From Mobula hypostoma (lineage: Eukaryota), in the NCBI RefSeq assembly GCF_963921235.1, contig NC_086101.1:4838001-4902000 (forward strand): 64,000 bases of DNA, in the 5' to 3' direction. The notes under the pieces are model-generated. The model had not been told where the DNA came from and made no database searches. It was given only the letters and a program-made list of their open reading frames with translations. Positions 12,968-26,716 of the stretch are shown one piece after another. A program made the position numbers and the translations under genes. Each line of letters starts with the position of its first letter. Within the stretch, counting starts at the first letter, position 1.

Positions 12968-13006
12968 CCTTATCTGTGTAATACAGCAGTGAGATGAGCA
13001 CACAGA
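12300..13006. repeat. Compound minisatellite: 7 copies of an approximately 40-bp core separated by variable (CA)n tracts
   Basis: Core (CTAA)CCTTATCTGTGTAATACAGCAGTGAGATGAGCACACAGA recurs near 12418, 12505, 12602, 12717, 12826, 12889 and 12964. Confidence 0.95.
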
Positions 13007-15105
13007 AGTTATATCAGCTTCAATCTAAATTCCACAGATTCTCCACCCTCGTATTCAGTGGCTGCGCCAAAAATACGACCGCCGCACTTTCCGTTTTGGG
13101 GGAGTGTTAGCGAGGAACGAGTGAAAGCTAAGTGATGGGAGGGAGGTGGCAGAGTCTCCCCTGAGGCTACGGAGGTTTTTGAGGATCATTGTGTGCGGGA
13201 GGTAGCTTCCTCGTGCAGAGTGTGCATATGAGGGACTGTCAGGGTACCAGGTCACCCATGTGAATGCCTGGGTTTTCCGGGGCCCTCAAGTACCTCCAAG
13301 TGTTTCTTCTCGTTGTGAACGCAGATATTGTCGTGGCAAGCAGTCAAACATTCCCTGCTTTATCAGTTGAACTGTCACTTTGACTCCTGGTGGAGGCTGG
13401 GGACCTTGTGCTGTTTCGCTTCACTTCCAGAAATAATGATGGGAGTTTTCCCTGTGTGCACTGGGAAAGAGAGGCAACTAGAGGCGCTGCGTGCTAAGGG
13501 CGTTAAACCAAGTGAAGAGTTGAAGTGAGAATTCACGGGACGTGTGAATGCCCAATGAGCCCATGGTAATGGACAGAAATGTGCTCATTTTATTTTGGAG
13601 TACAGGCCCTCCCAGCGCAATGAGTCCACGCTGCCCAGTCACACCTATTGGACCCATTAACCTACCAGCCTGTGTTTCTTTGCAATGCGGCAGGAAACCA
13701 GAACACTCGGTGGAAACTCACAGTCACGACAAGAGCGTACAGACCCACAACTGGAGGCCAGTGTAACGTGTTATGTTCAGCCCCTTTGAACATTTAGTGT
13801 TATCCACTCTCTGTCACCATGTCAAGGACAGACAGCTTTCCAATTACATTCACCAAATTGAGCCTCCTCTCCTTTTTCCACATTATGTTCCATGGGCCAA
13901 GTCTCTCCCCCCACCCCCCACAACCCATTCCACTTGTCTATTTCTCCTCATATCCTCCTCTCACCACAGTTCTGCCCCGGAATTGCATCATCAGTAAACT
14001 TAGAAATATGGTATTTGATGCCGATCCCACCCATAGACACTGGTGAGCACCAGCAGCTGGTCCCTGCAGTCTCCTCTTCGCTTTATGACTGATAACCAAG
14101 TCTTAATCCATATTGGTGTTAAGACCATAAGAGATCATAAAACATAGGAGCAGAATTAGGCCATTCAGCTCATCAAGTCTGCTCTGCTATTCCATCATGG
14201 CTGATTTATTAACTGTCTCAACACCTTTCTCCTGCCTTTTCCCTGTAACCTTTGACACCCTTACTAACCAAGAACCTATCAAATTCCACTTTGAATATAC
14301 CCAACGACTTGGCCTCCACAGCCATCTGTGGCAACAATTTCCACATACTTACCACTGTATAGTTAAGAAATGTCTCCTCATCTCCATTGTAAATGTGTAT
14401 CCCTCTATTCTGAGGCTGTGCCCTCTGGTCCTAGACACCCCCACTATAGGAAACGTCCTCTCCATGTCCACTCTATCTGGGTCATTCAATATTCGATACA
14501 TTTCAATGAGATCCACCCCGCCCCTTTCCTCTAAACTCCACTAAGTGCAGACCCAGAGCCATCGTGCTTCTCACAAGTTAACCGTTTCATTCCCGGGATT
14601 ATTCTCTTGAACGTCTTCTGGACCCTCTCCAATGCCAACACATACTTTCTTAAATGAGGGGCCAAAATCTACTCTCAATACTCCAAATACAGTCTAACCA
14701 AAGTCTCATAAAGCCTCAGCATTACATATTTGCTTTTATATTCTAGTCCTCTCAAAATGAATGCTAAAATTGCATTTGCTTTCCTTACCACCGACTTGAC
14801 CTGCAAGTTAACCTTTAAGGAATCCTGCATGAAGACTCACAAGCCCTTTGCACCTCTGTTTTTTTAAAAAAAAATGCCTTTATTTTTTCTACCAAAGTAC
14901 ATGACCATACAATTTGCTACACTATATACCATCTGCTAATTATTTGCCTATTCTCCCAATCTGTCTAAGTCATTTTGCAGACTCCCCTGCTTCTTCAAAA
15001 TTACCTGCCCCTCCATCTCTCTCATCTGCAAACTTGGCCACAAAGCCATCAGTTCTGTCATCCAAATCATTGACATATAACGTGAAAACACCTACCCCTG
15101 TGGAA

Positions 15106-17389
15106 CAAAAGTTTGGGCACCCCGGTCACAATTTCTGTTACTGTGAATAGCTAAGCGAGTAAAAGATGAACTGATTTCCAAAAGGCATAAAGTTAAAGAT
15201 GACACATTTCTTTAATATTTTAAGCAAGAGAGCTTTTTTATTTCCACCTTTTACAGTCTCAAAATAACAAAAAAGGAAAAGGGCCCGAAGCAAAAGTTTG
15301 GGCACCCTGCATAGCAGTACTTAGTAACACCCCCTTTGGCAAGTATCACAGCTTGTAAATGCTTTTTGTAGCCAGCTAAGAGTCTTCCAATTCTAGTTTG
15401 GGGGATTTCTGCCCATTCTTCCTTGCAAAAGGCTTCTAGTTCTGTGAGATTCTTGGGCCGTCTTGCACGCACTGCTCTTTTGAGGTCTATCCACAGATTT
15501 GCGATGATGTTTAGGTCAAGGGACTGTGAGGACCATGGCAAAACCTTCAGCTTGCGCCTCTTGAGGTAGTCCATTGTGGATTTTTAAGTCATCCACTTTT
15601 CATCTTTGGCTTTTTTACAGACGGTGTGATGTTTGCTTCCAGAATTTGCTGGTATTTAATTAAATTCTTTCTTCCCTCTACCAGTGAAATGTTCCCTGTG
15701 TCACTGGCTGCAACACAAGCCCAAAGCATGATCGATCCACCCCTGTGCTTAACAGTTGGAGAGGTGTTCTTTTCATGAAGTTCTGCACCCTTTTTTCTCC
15801 AAACATACCTTTGCTCATTGCGGCCAAAAAGTTGTATTTTAACTTCATCAGTCCACAGGACTTGTTTCCAAAATGCATCAGGCTTGTTTAGATGTTCCTT
15901 TGAACCTTTTGAATAGAACTTTTTGGCCGCAATGAGCAAAGGTACGTTTGGAGAAAAAAAGGGTGCAGAATTACATGAAAAGAACCCCTCTCCAACTGTT
16001 AACCACGGGGGTGGATCGATCATGCTTTGGACTTGTGTTGCAGCCAATGGCACGGGGAACATTTCACTGGTAGAGAGAAGAATGAATTCAATTAAATACC
16101 AGCAAATTCTGGAAGCAAACATCACACTTGTCTTTAGGAAAGCTGAATGTGAAAACAGGATGGCTCCTACAACAGCATAGTGGTCCTAACCACACCACAA
16201 AATCCACAATGGACTACCTCAAGAGGTGCAAGCTGAGGGTTTTGCCATGGCCCTCACAGTCCCCTGACCTAAACATCATCGAGAATCTATGGATAGACCT
16301 CAAAAGAGCAGTGCATGCAAGACGGCCCAAGAATCTCACAGAACTAGAAGCCTTTTGCGAGGAAGAATCGGCGAAAATCCCCCAAACAAGAATTGAAAGA
16401 CTCTTAGCTGGCTACAGAAAGTGTTTACAAGCTGTGATACTTGCCAAAGTGGGTGTTACTAAGTACTGACCATGCAGGGTGCCCAAACGTTTGCTTTGGG
16501 CCCTTTTCCTTTTTTGTTATTTTGAAACTGTATTTAGCCTCCTGGTAGGCCTCAGGCTCACTCAGCTCGCTGTCGTCTAGTGGGAGCAGCCTTCAGCCCC
16601 GCCAAACTGGGTAATCAAGTTTGTGTGGATGTTGTGTGATGTACCCACCCCGCCAAATAACGGACAATACACCATATGCGATTAAATGATTACACTTTAT
16701 AGATATTACTGGGACTATGTAATTAATAGAGATAAAATATAAAAGGAAAGTAAAAGGCGCCAAACTTATCAAAGTTCATCCACTTCGTGCACAATTAACA
16801 GAGTCCTCTTTCCACCATTCGATCCCCTCCAACCTCCTCGACCCGCCGCCTGGGACCACCCACGGCAGTCGACCAGACGCCCCACACAAGTCTGTCTCCA
16901 TCTCCTCTCCTCGCCGAAGACCTTGGGACTCGGACTCCAGCTCGGGGTCCGTTCTGCCGCCCAGCTTACTGCATCGCGTCTTCTCTCTCTGTCCCCATCG
17001 CACCTTCTGCCCCAAAGCCTGCGAGAAACAATAACTTACAGACACACAAAGAATAAAATCTATCCCAATTGGTTCGTTCGTCCGCTTATCAATAATATAA
17101 CCCGAACAAGCAGAGAGAGAGAACTCCTTACATTGCAGTTATTACAGAAAAGCCATTTTTATTATAACATAACAAAGAAGCCATTTTGTTAGCCTTTGCA
17201 GTAACGTAAAAGAAGAAACCCCTTATATGTAAAAGATGGAAATAAAAAAGTTTTCTTGCTTAAAATATTAAAGAAATGTATCCTCTTTAACTTTATGCCT
17301 TTAGGAAATCAGTTCATCTTTTAGTTGCTTAGCTATTCATGGTAACAGAAATTTTGACGAGGGGGTGCCCAAACTTTTGCATGCCACTG
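15106..17389. mobile_element. Palindromic non-autonomous Tc1-like element made of two transposase 3' halves in inverted orientation
   Basis: Both ends carry an approximately 200-bp IR/DR-type TIR with caaaagtttgggcaccc twice per end. The right end is ...atgccactg followed by TA. The same transposase C-terminus appears on the minus strand (15251-15574) and on the plus strand (16128-16469). Confidence 0.9.
16533..17227. mobile_element. Solo LTR inserted into the right TIR of the Tc1
   Basis: TSD tgta at 16529-16532 and 17228-17231. Degenerate termini tttagcc...cccttata. Homologous to 56722-57382. Confidence 0.85.
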
Positions 17390-18505
17390 TAACTAGTAAC
17401 CGACAGCCAACTGGAAAAGACTCCCATTACTCCCACTCTCTGCCTCCTGCCTTTCAGCCAGTCCTCTATCTTTCCTGCAACACCATGTCAAGTAACCTCA
17501 TGTACAGCACCTTGTCAAAGGCCTTCTGAAAGTCCAAATAAACAACATCCAATGACTCTCCTTTGCCTATCCTGCCTGTTATTTCCTCAAAGAATTCCAA
17601 CAAGTTTGTCAGACAAATCTGAAGGAAGCCTTGCTAATTTTGGCCTATTTTGCCATGTACCTCCAAGTACCCCAAAACCTCCTCCTTAATAATGGACTCC
17701 AACATCTTCCCACTGAAGTCAGGCTAAATGGCCTGTAATTTGCTTTCGTCTACCTACCTCCCTTAAGGAGTGGAGTGACATTTGCAATTTTCCAGTCCTC
17801 AACAACTATTCCAGAACCTAGTGATTCTTGAAATGCCTCTATAACAACCTCTTTCAAAACCCTGGGGTGTAGTCCATCTGTCCCAGATGACTTATCCACA
17901 TTTAGACCTTTCAACTTTCTAAGTACCTTCTCCTAAGTAATAGCAATGACACTCACTTCTGCCCTCTGACACTCTCAAATTTCTGGCATACTGCTAGTGC
18001 CTTCCACAGTGAAGAGTGATGCAAAATATATATTAAGTTCATCTGCCATTTCTTTGTCACCCATTATTACCTCTTCAGGATTATTTTCCAGCGGTCTGAT
18101 ATCCACCCTCGTCTCTCTTTTACTCTTTATATATCTGAAAAAACTTTTAAATTATTGTCTAGCTTACCTTCATATTTCATTGTTTATCTCCTTATGCCAG
18201 TTTGTAAAAGCTTCCCAATCCTTTAACTTTCAACTATGCCCTCTCTTTTGATTTAATGCTGCCTTTTGATTCCTTTGTCAGCCACAGTTGCATCATTCTC
18301 CCTTTAGAATGTCTTCATCTTTGGGATACATCTATGCTGCATCTTTCAAATTACCCCCAGAAACTCCAGCCATTGCTGTTCTGTGGTCATCCCTACTAGT
18401 GTCACTTTCCAATCAATTTTGGCCAGTTCCTGTCTTGTGCCTCCATAATTCGCTTTACCCCACTGCAATACCCATACTTTGACTTTGGCTTCTCTTACAG
18501 ACAAG

Positions 18506-18703
18506 CAGGGTCCCCAGCCTTTTTTGCGCTGCGGGCCGGTTTAATATTGACAATATTCTTGCGGACTGGCCAAGGAGGCGGGGTGGGGAGTGTTCAAGTT
18601 CAACAGTGCGTGACAGGGAATGAGGAAAGGTGCAGCTGACTCACTTCGTTTCATATCGCCAAATCATATCGTTTCCTCGTGGCCTGGTGGTTGGGGACCA
18701 CTG
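18506..18703. mobile_element. Short hAT/Charlie-like MITE
   Basis: Termini cagggtccccagcc and ggttggggaccactg form an imperfect inverted repeat of the CAGTGGTCCCCAACC type. No clear 8-bp TSD. Confidence 0.6.
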
Positions 18704-20850
18704 CTGTAGGGTGAATTCTATCATATTATGTTCGGTCTCTCCTGAGGGTTCCTTCAAATTTCTATTCAAATCTAGTTCACTGCACAACACTCAATCTAGA
18801 CTTGCCTTTCCCCCTGTGAGCTCAACTACAAGCTGCTCTTAAAAAGTCATCTCGTAGGTATTCTACACATTCCCTCTCTTGGGGTCCAGCACTAACCTAA
18901 TTTTCCTGCATATTGAAATTCCCTATCGTAACATTGCCCTTTTTGTATGCCCTTTCTATCTCCCATTATAATTTGTACCCCACATCCTGGCTATAATATT
19001 ATCCACAATTCCCTGTGTTTTGCTTCACAATTTTTGGACTTTTTCTGCCGTTTCTCAGCTAAGCTGTGCATCCAGCAGAGTAACAGACCCTTCCGGCCGA
19101 CTGACCCTGTGCCGCCCAGTTACACCCATCTGATCAATTAACCTATTAACCCGTGCATGTGATCAATTAACCTACTAACCCGTACATCTTTGGAATGTGG
19201 GAGAAAACTGGCCTGGTCAAGGGGGAGTACGTATAGACTCCTTACAGACAGCATTGGGAATTGCATCTAACACTGTAAAGCATTGCACTAACCACTAACC
19301 ACCAGACTCCTTCAGTCAAGTCCCCTTACACTTAAAAGTTCCAAGTACATTTATTAGCGAAGTATGTATACATTATACAACTTTGAGATTTGTCTCCTGA
19401 CAGGCAGCCACAAAGCAAAGAACCCAACAGAAGCCATTAATAAAAAAAGACCATCAAGCCCCCAGTGTGCAGAGAAAAAAGCAAATCATGCTAACAATAA
19501 ACATAAGCAAATAGCATTCTGAACTGAAGTCCACAAAGAGAGGCCTGTCCACAGATCCTTAATCTACAGGGGCAGGAATTGACCCCTGGTCACTGTTGCT
19601 GTAGTAGTGGTACGCTAACTGCTAAGTAACTACCACTGAGTTGCCCCGTAGGTGCGCTGACTGTGAATTGAACCTGGGCCTCCCACAGTGCACTACCACT
19701 GAACGGCCATTGCAAGTACTTGATCACCACAAAGTCAAAGCTGTCTCACTTCCTCTTCACCCTGATAATTCAACTCTTTGGTGGACTGTTGTGGCAGTGT
19801 TATGTAGTGATTGTGGATTCAGAAGTCCTGTTCCTCAAGATTTCCAGCATCTGCAGAATCCCTTGTGTCATTCCTGGCTGTTGGAATCTCACCCAGGTGG
19901 GCACATTTACTTGGGTTTACATGAAGCTCATTGTAATTGACTAATCGGTCAGCAGAGGGTGTAATGGCTCCTGATCTGCTGTAAATCTGTTTCCAACTGA
20001 GTGTCGAGCACTGAGCCTCCCTCCCTCCCCCGCTCCTCTCTAGGTCATTAAAATCCTGGCACCTCGTGATTAAACTCTTCCACTCCTCCTGCCCCAGTCT
20101 CCCACTTGGGTTTTCCCAACTATTTGTGATGGAAAAAGTGTACAAACTCCGTGGATTCGGCCACTTAGACCTGGGGAGAAGGTACAAGAGCCTAAAGGCA
20201 CTCGCTCAATGATTCAAGAACAGTTTCTTCCCCTCTGCCATCTGATTTCTCGACATGCCTATGTTATTGCACCCAATTCCATTTCAGAGTCAGGTTTATG
20301 ATCACAGGCTTGGATCATGAAATTTGTTGTTTTGTGGCAGCAGTACTTTGCAATACGTAAAAATTACTATAGGTTACAGTAAGAAATATAAAGCTAAACA
20401 GTAGCAAAAAGGAACTAATAATGTTAATGGTGGAGGGAAAGAAGTTGTTCCTAAAACACTGAGTGTGCGTGTTCAGGCTCCTGTACCTCCTCCCTGATGG
20501 TGGTAATGAGAAGAGGGCCTGTCCCAGGCTGTGAGGGTCCTTAATGATAGATGCTACCTTCCTGAGGTATCAGCTTTTCAAGATGCCCTTGGTGGTGGGG
20601 CGGATTCAGGTTGACGTCTTATTTATCACACATATATGGAAACATACAGTGAAATGCACAAAGCATTGTTTGTGTTCACAGCCAACCCAACCCAACCCTC
20701 GCATGTGCTTGAGAGTATCCCCTCACCACGTGTTCCGGCAGCAACACGGCTTGCCATCCGTGTTCAGATGACATGCAATGACACAACAGCGCAACAACAG
20801 CAAAGCCCGAAGCAGTATACACACACACTCTCACTGTCACCCTCAATCAA

Positions 20851-20998
20851 TCTCTCTCCCCCTCCCCCTCCCTCTCTCCCTCCCTCTCTCCCTCCCTCCC
20901 TCTCTCCCTCCCTCCCTCTCTCCCTCTCTCCCTCTCTCCCTCTCTCTCTCTCTCTTTCTCTCTCTCTCTTTCTTTCTTTCTCTCTCTCTTTCTTTCTT

Positions 20999-21069
<71 letters not shown>

Positions 21070-21070
21070 T

Positions 21071-21114
<44 letters not shown>

Positions 21115-21141
21115 CCCTCTCTCTCTCTCCATCTCTCTCTC
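20851..21141. repeat. Polypyrimidine (CCCT)n/(CT)n microsatellite
   Basis: About 290 bp made almost entirely of C and T on the plus strand. Confidence 0.95.
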
Positions 21142-21529
21142 ATGGCTGCAGACGGGACTCCATCCCTAGCAGAGGCCACCTCTGGGCCTCTAACTTTCAC
21201 CGATCACGGCTTTGACCTATGGGCCTCAACTACAGACCTCTGACTTTGGAGACTCCAGCCCCTGTGACTGCTGGATTTACTGGTTACCACACTAACATAT
21301 CAAGAACAGCAGCTGAGCATTTGTTCCCTGGGTCTCCTCTACTGTCAGTTAACTTTAATATTCGCTTAGGTCCCACTGTTTCACCATAATGTTTGACTCA
21401 CCTGATGCTCTCAGGTTGTTCCAGACTTCCCTCACCAGACTGCTAGCATCTTCTCAGCATCTCCCTTTCCAAGCCCACGCAGAATCTTGGGTGGTTCTCT
21501 AAATAAATTCAAAGTAAGTTCATTATCAA

Positions 21530-21720
21530 GGCCGGCTGGTGGCGTAGTGTTATCAGCACTGGACTTTGAGGTGAGTGGTCCCCGTGGACACTTTCCATCC
21601 GTGCTGGGTTGAGCATGGAGCCAGCAGCTCAGCCTCATGGAAAAACAGACACATGCTAGGGAAATGGCAAAAAATGCTGCCCAGTGTGCCACAAGGTGTG
21701 AAAGGGAGCAATAACTAACA
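21530..21720 (+). mobile_element. Probable tRNA-derived SINE
   Basis: Begins ggccggctggtggcgtagtgttatcagcactggactttgagg, with an A-box-like TGGCGTAGTG and a tRNA-like head. The B box is degraded. Confidence 0.45.
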
Positions 21721-23789
21721 TTATCAAAACACGCATAGGTCACCGTAGACTGTCCTGAGCTTCGTCCTGTTGAGCACCGCGATATCACAGCGGTTAGCCT
21801 GACGCTATTATGCTCCTCTTGACTCCTCTGTAAGGAGTCTGTACGTCCTCCCCGTAGAATACGTGGGTTCCTCCGGGTGCCCCGATTTCCTCCCCCAGTC
21901 GCAAGATGTACCGGGTAGTAGGTTAATTGGCCATTGTAAACTGTGCTGTGATTAGGCAAGGGTTAAATCGGGCGGGGCAGCTCAACGGGCTGGAAGGCAT
22001 ACTCCATTCTGTCTCTTAATAAATACAAAGAAGCACGATAGGATCAGTGTAAAACTAAACACAAAGATTGACAAACAACCAATGTGCAAGGGAAGACAAA
22101 ACCCTGCAAGTATTTTTAAAATTATAAATAATACTGAGAAACGTGAGTTGTAGAGTTCTTGAAAGTGAGTCTAGGGCTTGTGGAGTCGGTTCAGCGTTGA
22201 GGTGAGTAAAGTTATCCAATGCAAGAGACACATTAACAGTAGAACATTTTTAACCTGTGTGTGTGGGTGTGTACATAGCTGAATCAGGTGATCACCTGGA
22301 GTTGCCAAGAATGTAGTTATCTTTCAATCTTTAGTGTTTTATGCGAACGACAGTCCATGGAGTGAGGGCACTGGGAGTGCAGAAATGTGCATGGGTGATA
22401 GGACTGAATTGTAACCCTGGGAAAAGAGTGATGACATGGCTACTTTATGGAAGATGAGGTGGGGTGGGTACCCCACTGATGAGTGCTAGCACGCCACAGA
22501 AAAAGCAGTCAGTGATTAATCCAGCCGGGAATTCCTTTTCCCTCGAAGGCTGGGAGGTTGTGGACTCGGTCTCACAGGGAGAGATTAGAGTGAATGGCAG
22601 AATGGCAGAGGTGGCAGGGTTCCCTCCCACGTTCCAAAGAGCTACAGGTCAGGGTCAGTAAATTGTGGGTATGCTGGGCTGCCACGGCCTCAGATTAGAG
22701 AGGCGACCCGTTAGAACAGAGAACATTTTTAACCAGAGGGTGGTGAATCTTTGGAATTCATTGCCACCGACAGTTTTGGAGGCCAAGCTCTTGAATATAT
22801 TCAGCGCAGAGATTGACGGGTTCTTGATTATGCAAGGTGTCAAAGGTTACAGAGGGAAGGCAGGAGAGTGGGGTTGAGAGGGAGGATAAATAAATGACCT
22901 CCCCTGGTGCCTCCCGTCCTTCTCATTTTCCCATTTCCCATAAATCAGCCATGATGGAATGCTGGACCAGGCTCAATGGGCCAAATGGCCTGATTCTGCT
23001 CCTGTGTCTTGAGGTTTTATGGATACAATAGGGTCTTTTAGGAGTCTCCTGGATAGGTACATTGAGCTTAGAAAACCAGGGCTATGGGTAACCCTAAGTA
23101 ATTTCTAAAGTACATGTTCAGCACAGCATTGTGGGCCGAAGGGCCTGTACTGTGCTGTAGGTTTTCCATGTTCTAGTCACAGGCTGCCCCAGCACATCCT
23201 CAGATTGTTCTGATCCTTAACACAGATGACACATTTCACTCTGACAAATACAGCTAACCCTCTTTAAATGGGAAAGAGGAAGGAATGGATGTATATTTGG
23301 GGCTAATAGCATGGGGAAGGCATGAGAGGAGTCAGATTTAGACCAGACACACCAGCATGGAGTTCCAGGGATGAATCGCCTGTCTGCGCTGAGACCATAA
23401 GACACAGCAGAAATATGTCACTCTGCCACTGCGTCGACTCTGCAAGTAACTACCAGTGTTAGTAAATCACAGAAGAGAATGCCTGCCAGACAAGGAAAGG
23501 TTCATGTGTGCACTCAAATACCGTAGCACCTCCACGCAGTTCCTGCAGGTACCACCGTGCTTGGTGCCAAGCAGGGTAAAACCAGATGCCTGGGTTAGCA
23601 GGGTCCAGAAACACACCTGGCACTACCCCCTACCCTCTCTGATAGAACTCTCTCCCGTCGGTCTCTGGAAGAACCAGAATCGGGTTTATTATCACCAGCA
23701 TGTGTCGTGAAGTTTGTTAACTTAGCAGCAGCAGTTCAATGCGATACATGGTAATACAGAAAGGAAAAAAAAATAAATCAGTTACAAAT

Positions 23790-24450
23790 TCCCTAAAAGT
23801 GGCGTCATAGGGTCGTAAAGAGAGCTTTTGGTCCATTGGCCTTTATTAATCAAAGTATTGAGTATAAGAGCTGGAATGTTATGATGAGGTTGTATAAGGC
23901 CGAATCTGGAGTATTGTGTTCAGTTTTGGTCACCAAATTACAGGAAGGATATAAATAAGGTTGAAAGAGTGCAGAGAAGGTTTACAAGGATGTTGCCAGG
24001 ACTTGAGAAACTCAGTTACAGAGCAAGGTTGAATAGGTTAGGACTTTATTCCCTGGAGCGTAGAAGAATGAGGGGAGATTTGATAGAGGTATATAAAATT
24101 ATGATGGGTATAGATAGAGTGAATGCAAGCAGGCTTTTTCCACTGAGGCAAGGGGAGAAAGAAACCAGAGGACATGGGTTAAGGGTGAGGGGGGAAAAGT
24201 TTAAAGGGAACATTAGGTGGGGCTTCTTCACGCAGAGAGTGGTGGGAGTATGGAATGAGCTGCCAAATGAGGTGGTAAATGCGGGTTCTTTTTTAACATT
24301 TAAGAATAAATTGGACAGATACATGGATGGGAGGTGTATGGAGGGATATGGTCCGTGTGCAGGTCAGTGGGACTAGGCAGAAAATGGTTCGGCACAGCCA
24401 AGAAGGGCCAAAAGGCCTGTTTCTGTGCTGTAGTTTCTGTGGTTTCTATG
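23790..24450 (+). mobile_element. CR1 LINE 3' fragment
   Basis: ORF 23969-24376 reads QRRFTRMLPGLEKLSY...LGLYSLERRRMRGDLIEVYKI. Confidence 0.9.
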
Positions 24451-26716
24451 TATATACATGTGTATTGAATAGATTAAAAATAGTCCAAAAACAGAAATAA
24501 CATGTATTAAAAAAAACGTGAAGTAGTGTCCATGGATTCAATGTCCATTTAGGAATTGAATAGCAGAGGGGAAGAAGCTGTTCCTGAATTGCTGAGTGCG
24601 TGCCTTCAGGCTTCTGTACCTCCTACTTGATGGTAAGAGTGAGAAAAGGGCATACCCTGGGTGATGGAGGTCCTTAATAATGGACGTCACCTTTCGGAGG
24701 CATACGGAGGCTAGTGCCCAAAATGGAGCTGACTAATTTTATAACTTTCTGTGGCTTGTTTGGATCCTGTGCAGTACCCCCCCCCCCCAATCTTTACCCC
24801 TCTCCCCAATTGCAGACAGTGATGCAGCCTGTCAGAATGCTCTCCAAGGTACATCTATAGAAGTTTTGAGTGTTTTAGTTGACAAATCAAATCTCTTCAA
24901 ACTCCGAATGAAATATAGCCGCTGTCTTGCCTTCTTTATAGCTGTATCAATATGTTGGGACCAGGTTAGATCCTCAGAGATCTTGACACCCAGGAACTTG
25001 AAACTGCTCACTCTCCCCCCTCTGAGGATTGGTTCATGTTTCCTCATCTTACCTTTCCTGAAGTCCACAATCAGCTCTTTCGTCTTACTGACATTGAGTA
25101 CAAGGTTGTTGCTGTGACACCACTGCACTAGTTGGTATATCTCACTCCTGTACGCCCTCTCGTCACCATCTGAGATTCTACCAGCAATGGTTGTATTGTC
25201 AGCAAATTTATAGATGGTGTTTGAGCTATGCCTAGCCACACGGTCATGGGTATAGAGAGAGTAGACCAGTGGGCTAAGCACACACCCCTGAGGTGCACCA
25301 GTGTTGTCAGCAAAGAGCAGATACTCTCACCAATTCACACAAATTGTGGTCTTCTAGTTAGAAAGTCAAGGATCCAATTACATAGGGAGGTACAGAGGCC
25401 CAGGTTGTATAATTTATCAATCAGAGTTGTGGTGTTAAACGTTGAGCTATTGTCAATAAACAGCATGCAGAGGTAGGTAACATACATCAAAGTTGCTGGT
25501 GAACGCAGCAGGCCAAGCAGCATCTATAGGAAGAGGCGCAGTCAGGTAGGTATTTGTATTGTCCAGGTGATCTAAGGCCTTTTGAAGAGCCATTGAGATT
25601 GTGTCTGCTGTAGACCTATTGTGGCGATAGGCAAATTGCAATGGATCCATGTCCTTGCTGAGGCAGGAGTTGATTCCAGCCGTGACCAACCTCTCAAAGC
25701 ATTTCATCATCGTAGATGTGAGTGCTACTGGGTGATAGTCATTAAGACAGCTCACACTGCTGTTCTTTGGCACTGGTATAATTGTTGCCTTTTTGAAGCA
25801 GGTGGGAACTTCCGACCGTAGCAGTCAGAGGCTGAAAATGTCTTTGAATACTCCCACCAGTTGGTTAGCTCAAGTTTTCAGAGCCTTACCAGGTACTCCA
25901 TCGGGGCCTCCTGCCTTGCGAGGTTCACCCTCCTAAAAGACAGCCTCCGAGACAGAGGTCACAGGGTGCAGCAGGGATCTTCACTGCTGTAGTTACATTC
26001 TCCCTTTCAAAGCAAACATAGAAGGTGTTGAGCTCATCTGGTAGTGAAGAATTGCTGCCGTTCATTCTATTGGGTTTTGCTTTGTAGGAGGTAATGTCTT
26101 GCAAACCCTGCCAGAGTTGCCGTGCCTCTGATGTCGCCACCAACCTCACTTGGAATTGTGTCTTCACCCTTGAAATAACCCTTTGCAAGTCATACCTGAT
26201 TTTCCTGTACAGATCTGGGTTACCAGACTTAAATGCCACAGATCTAACCCTCAGGAGGTGAACCTCCTGGTTCATCCACGCAGTTTTAACGAAGTTGGTA
26301 ACAATAGCAGCATACTTATCCAGGTTCAAAGATGAATCCCTGAATACAGCCCAGTTCACCGATTCAAAGCAGTCCTGTAGGCACTCCTGTGCTTCCCTTG
26401 TCCAAACCTTCTTGATCCTCACTGCTGGTGCTGCAGTCTTCAGTCTCTGTCTATACTCAGGGAGTAGAAGTACAGCCAGGTGATCAGACTTTCCAAAGTG
26501 TGGGCGCGGTAGACATTCTGGATGGAGGGGTAACATTGGTCCAGTGTGTTATTTCCTCTGGTACTACAGGTGATTGTTCAGTGACTTTTTCAAAGTGGCC
26601 TGGTTAAAATCCCCCAAAATGATGGTGAAGGTGTGGCGGGGTGCTGTTTTGTGCATGTTGATCCTATTGCTCAGATCGTTTAGAGCCTGTTTGACGTTGG
26701 CCTGAGGTGGAATGTA

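Larger units (their letters stand above)
14120..18950 (-). mobile_element. Degenerate CR1 LINE interrupted by the Tc1 foldback and a MITE
   Basis: Colinear with the CR1 at 9.5-11 kb. Sequence ...cccctgtggaaca (about 15107) resumes as actagtaaccgacagcc (17392). Confidence 0.8.

Noticed and set aside
12417..13006. CRISPR-like repeat-spacer array
   Set aside because: The spacers are CA microsatellite rather than unique sequence, there are no cas genes, and the context is a vertebrate intron.
20636..21215. Glu/Arg-rich and Leu/Ser-rich ORFs
   Set aside because: These are translations of the CT microsatellite.
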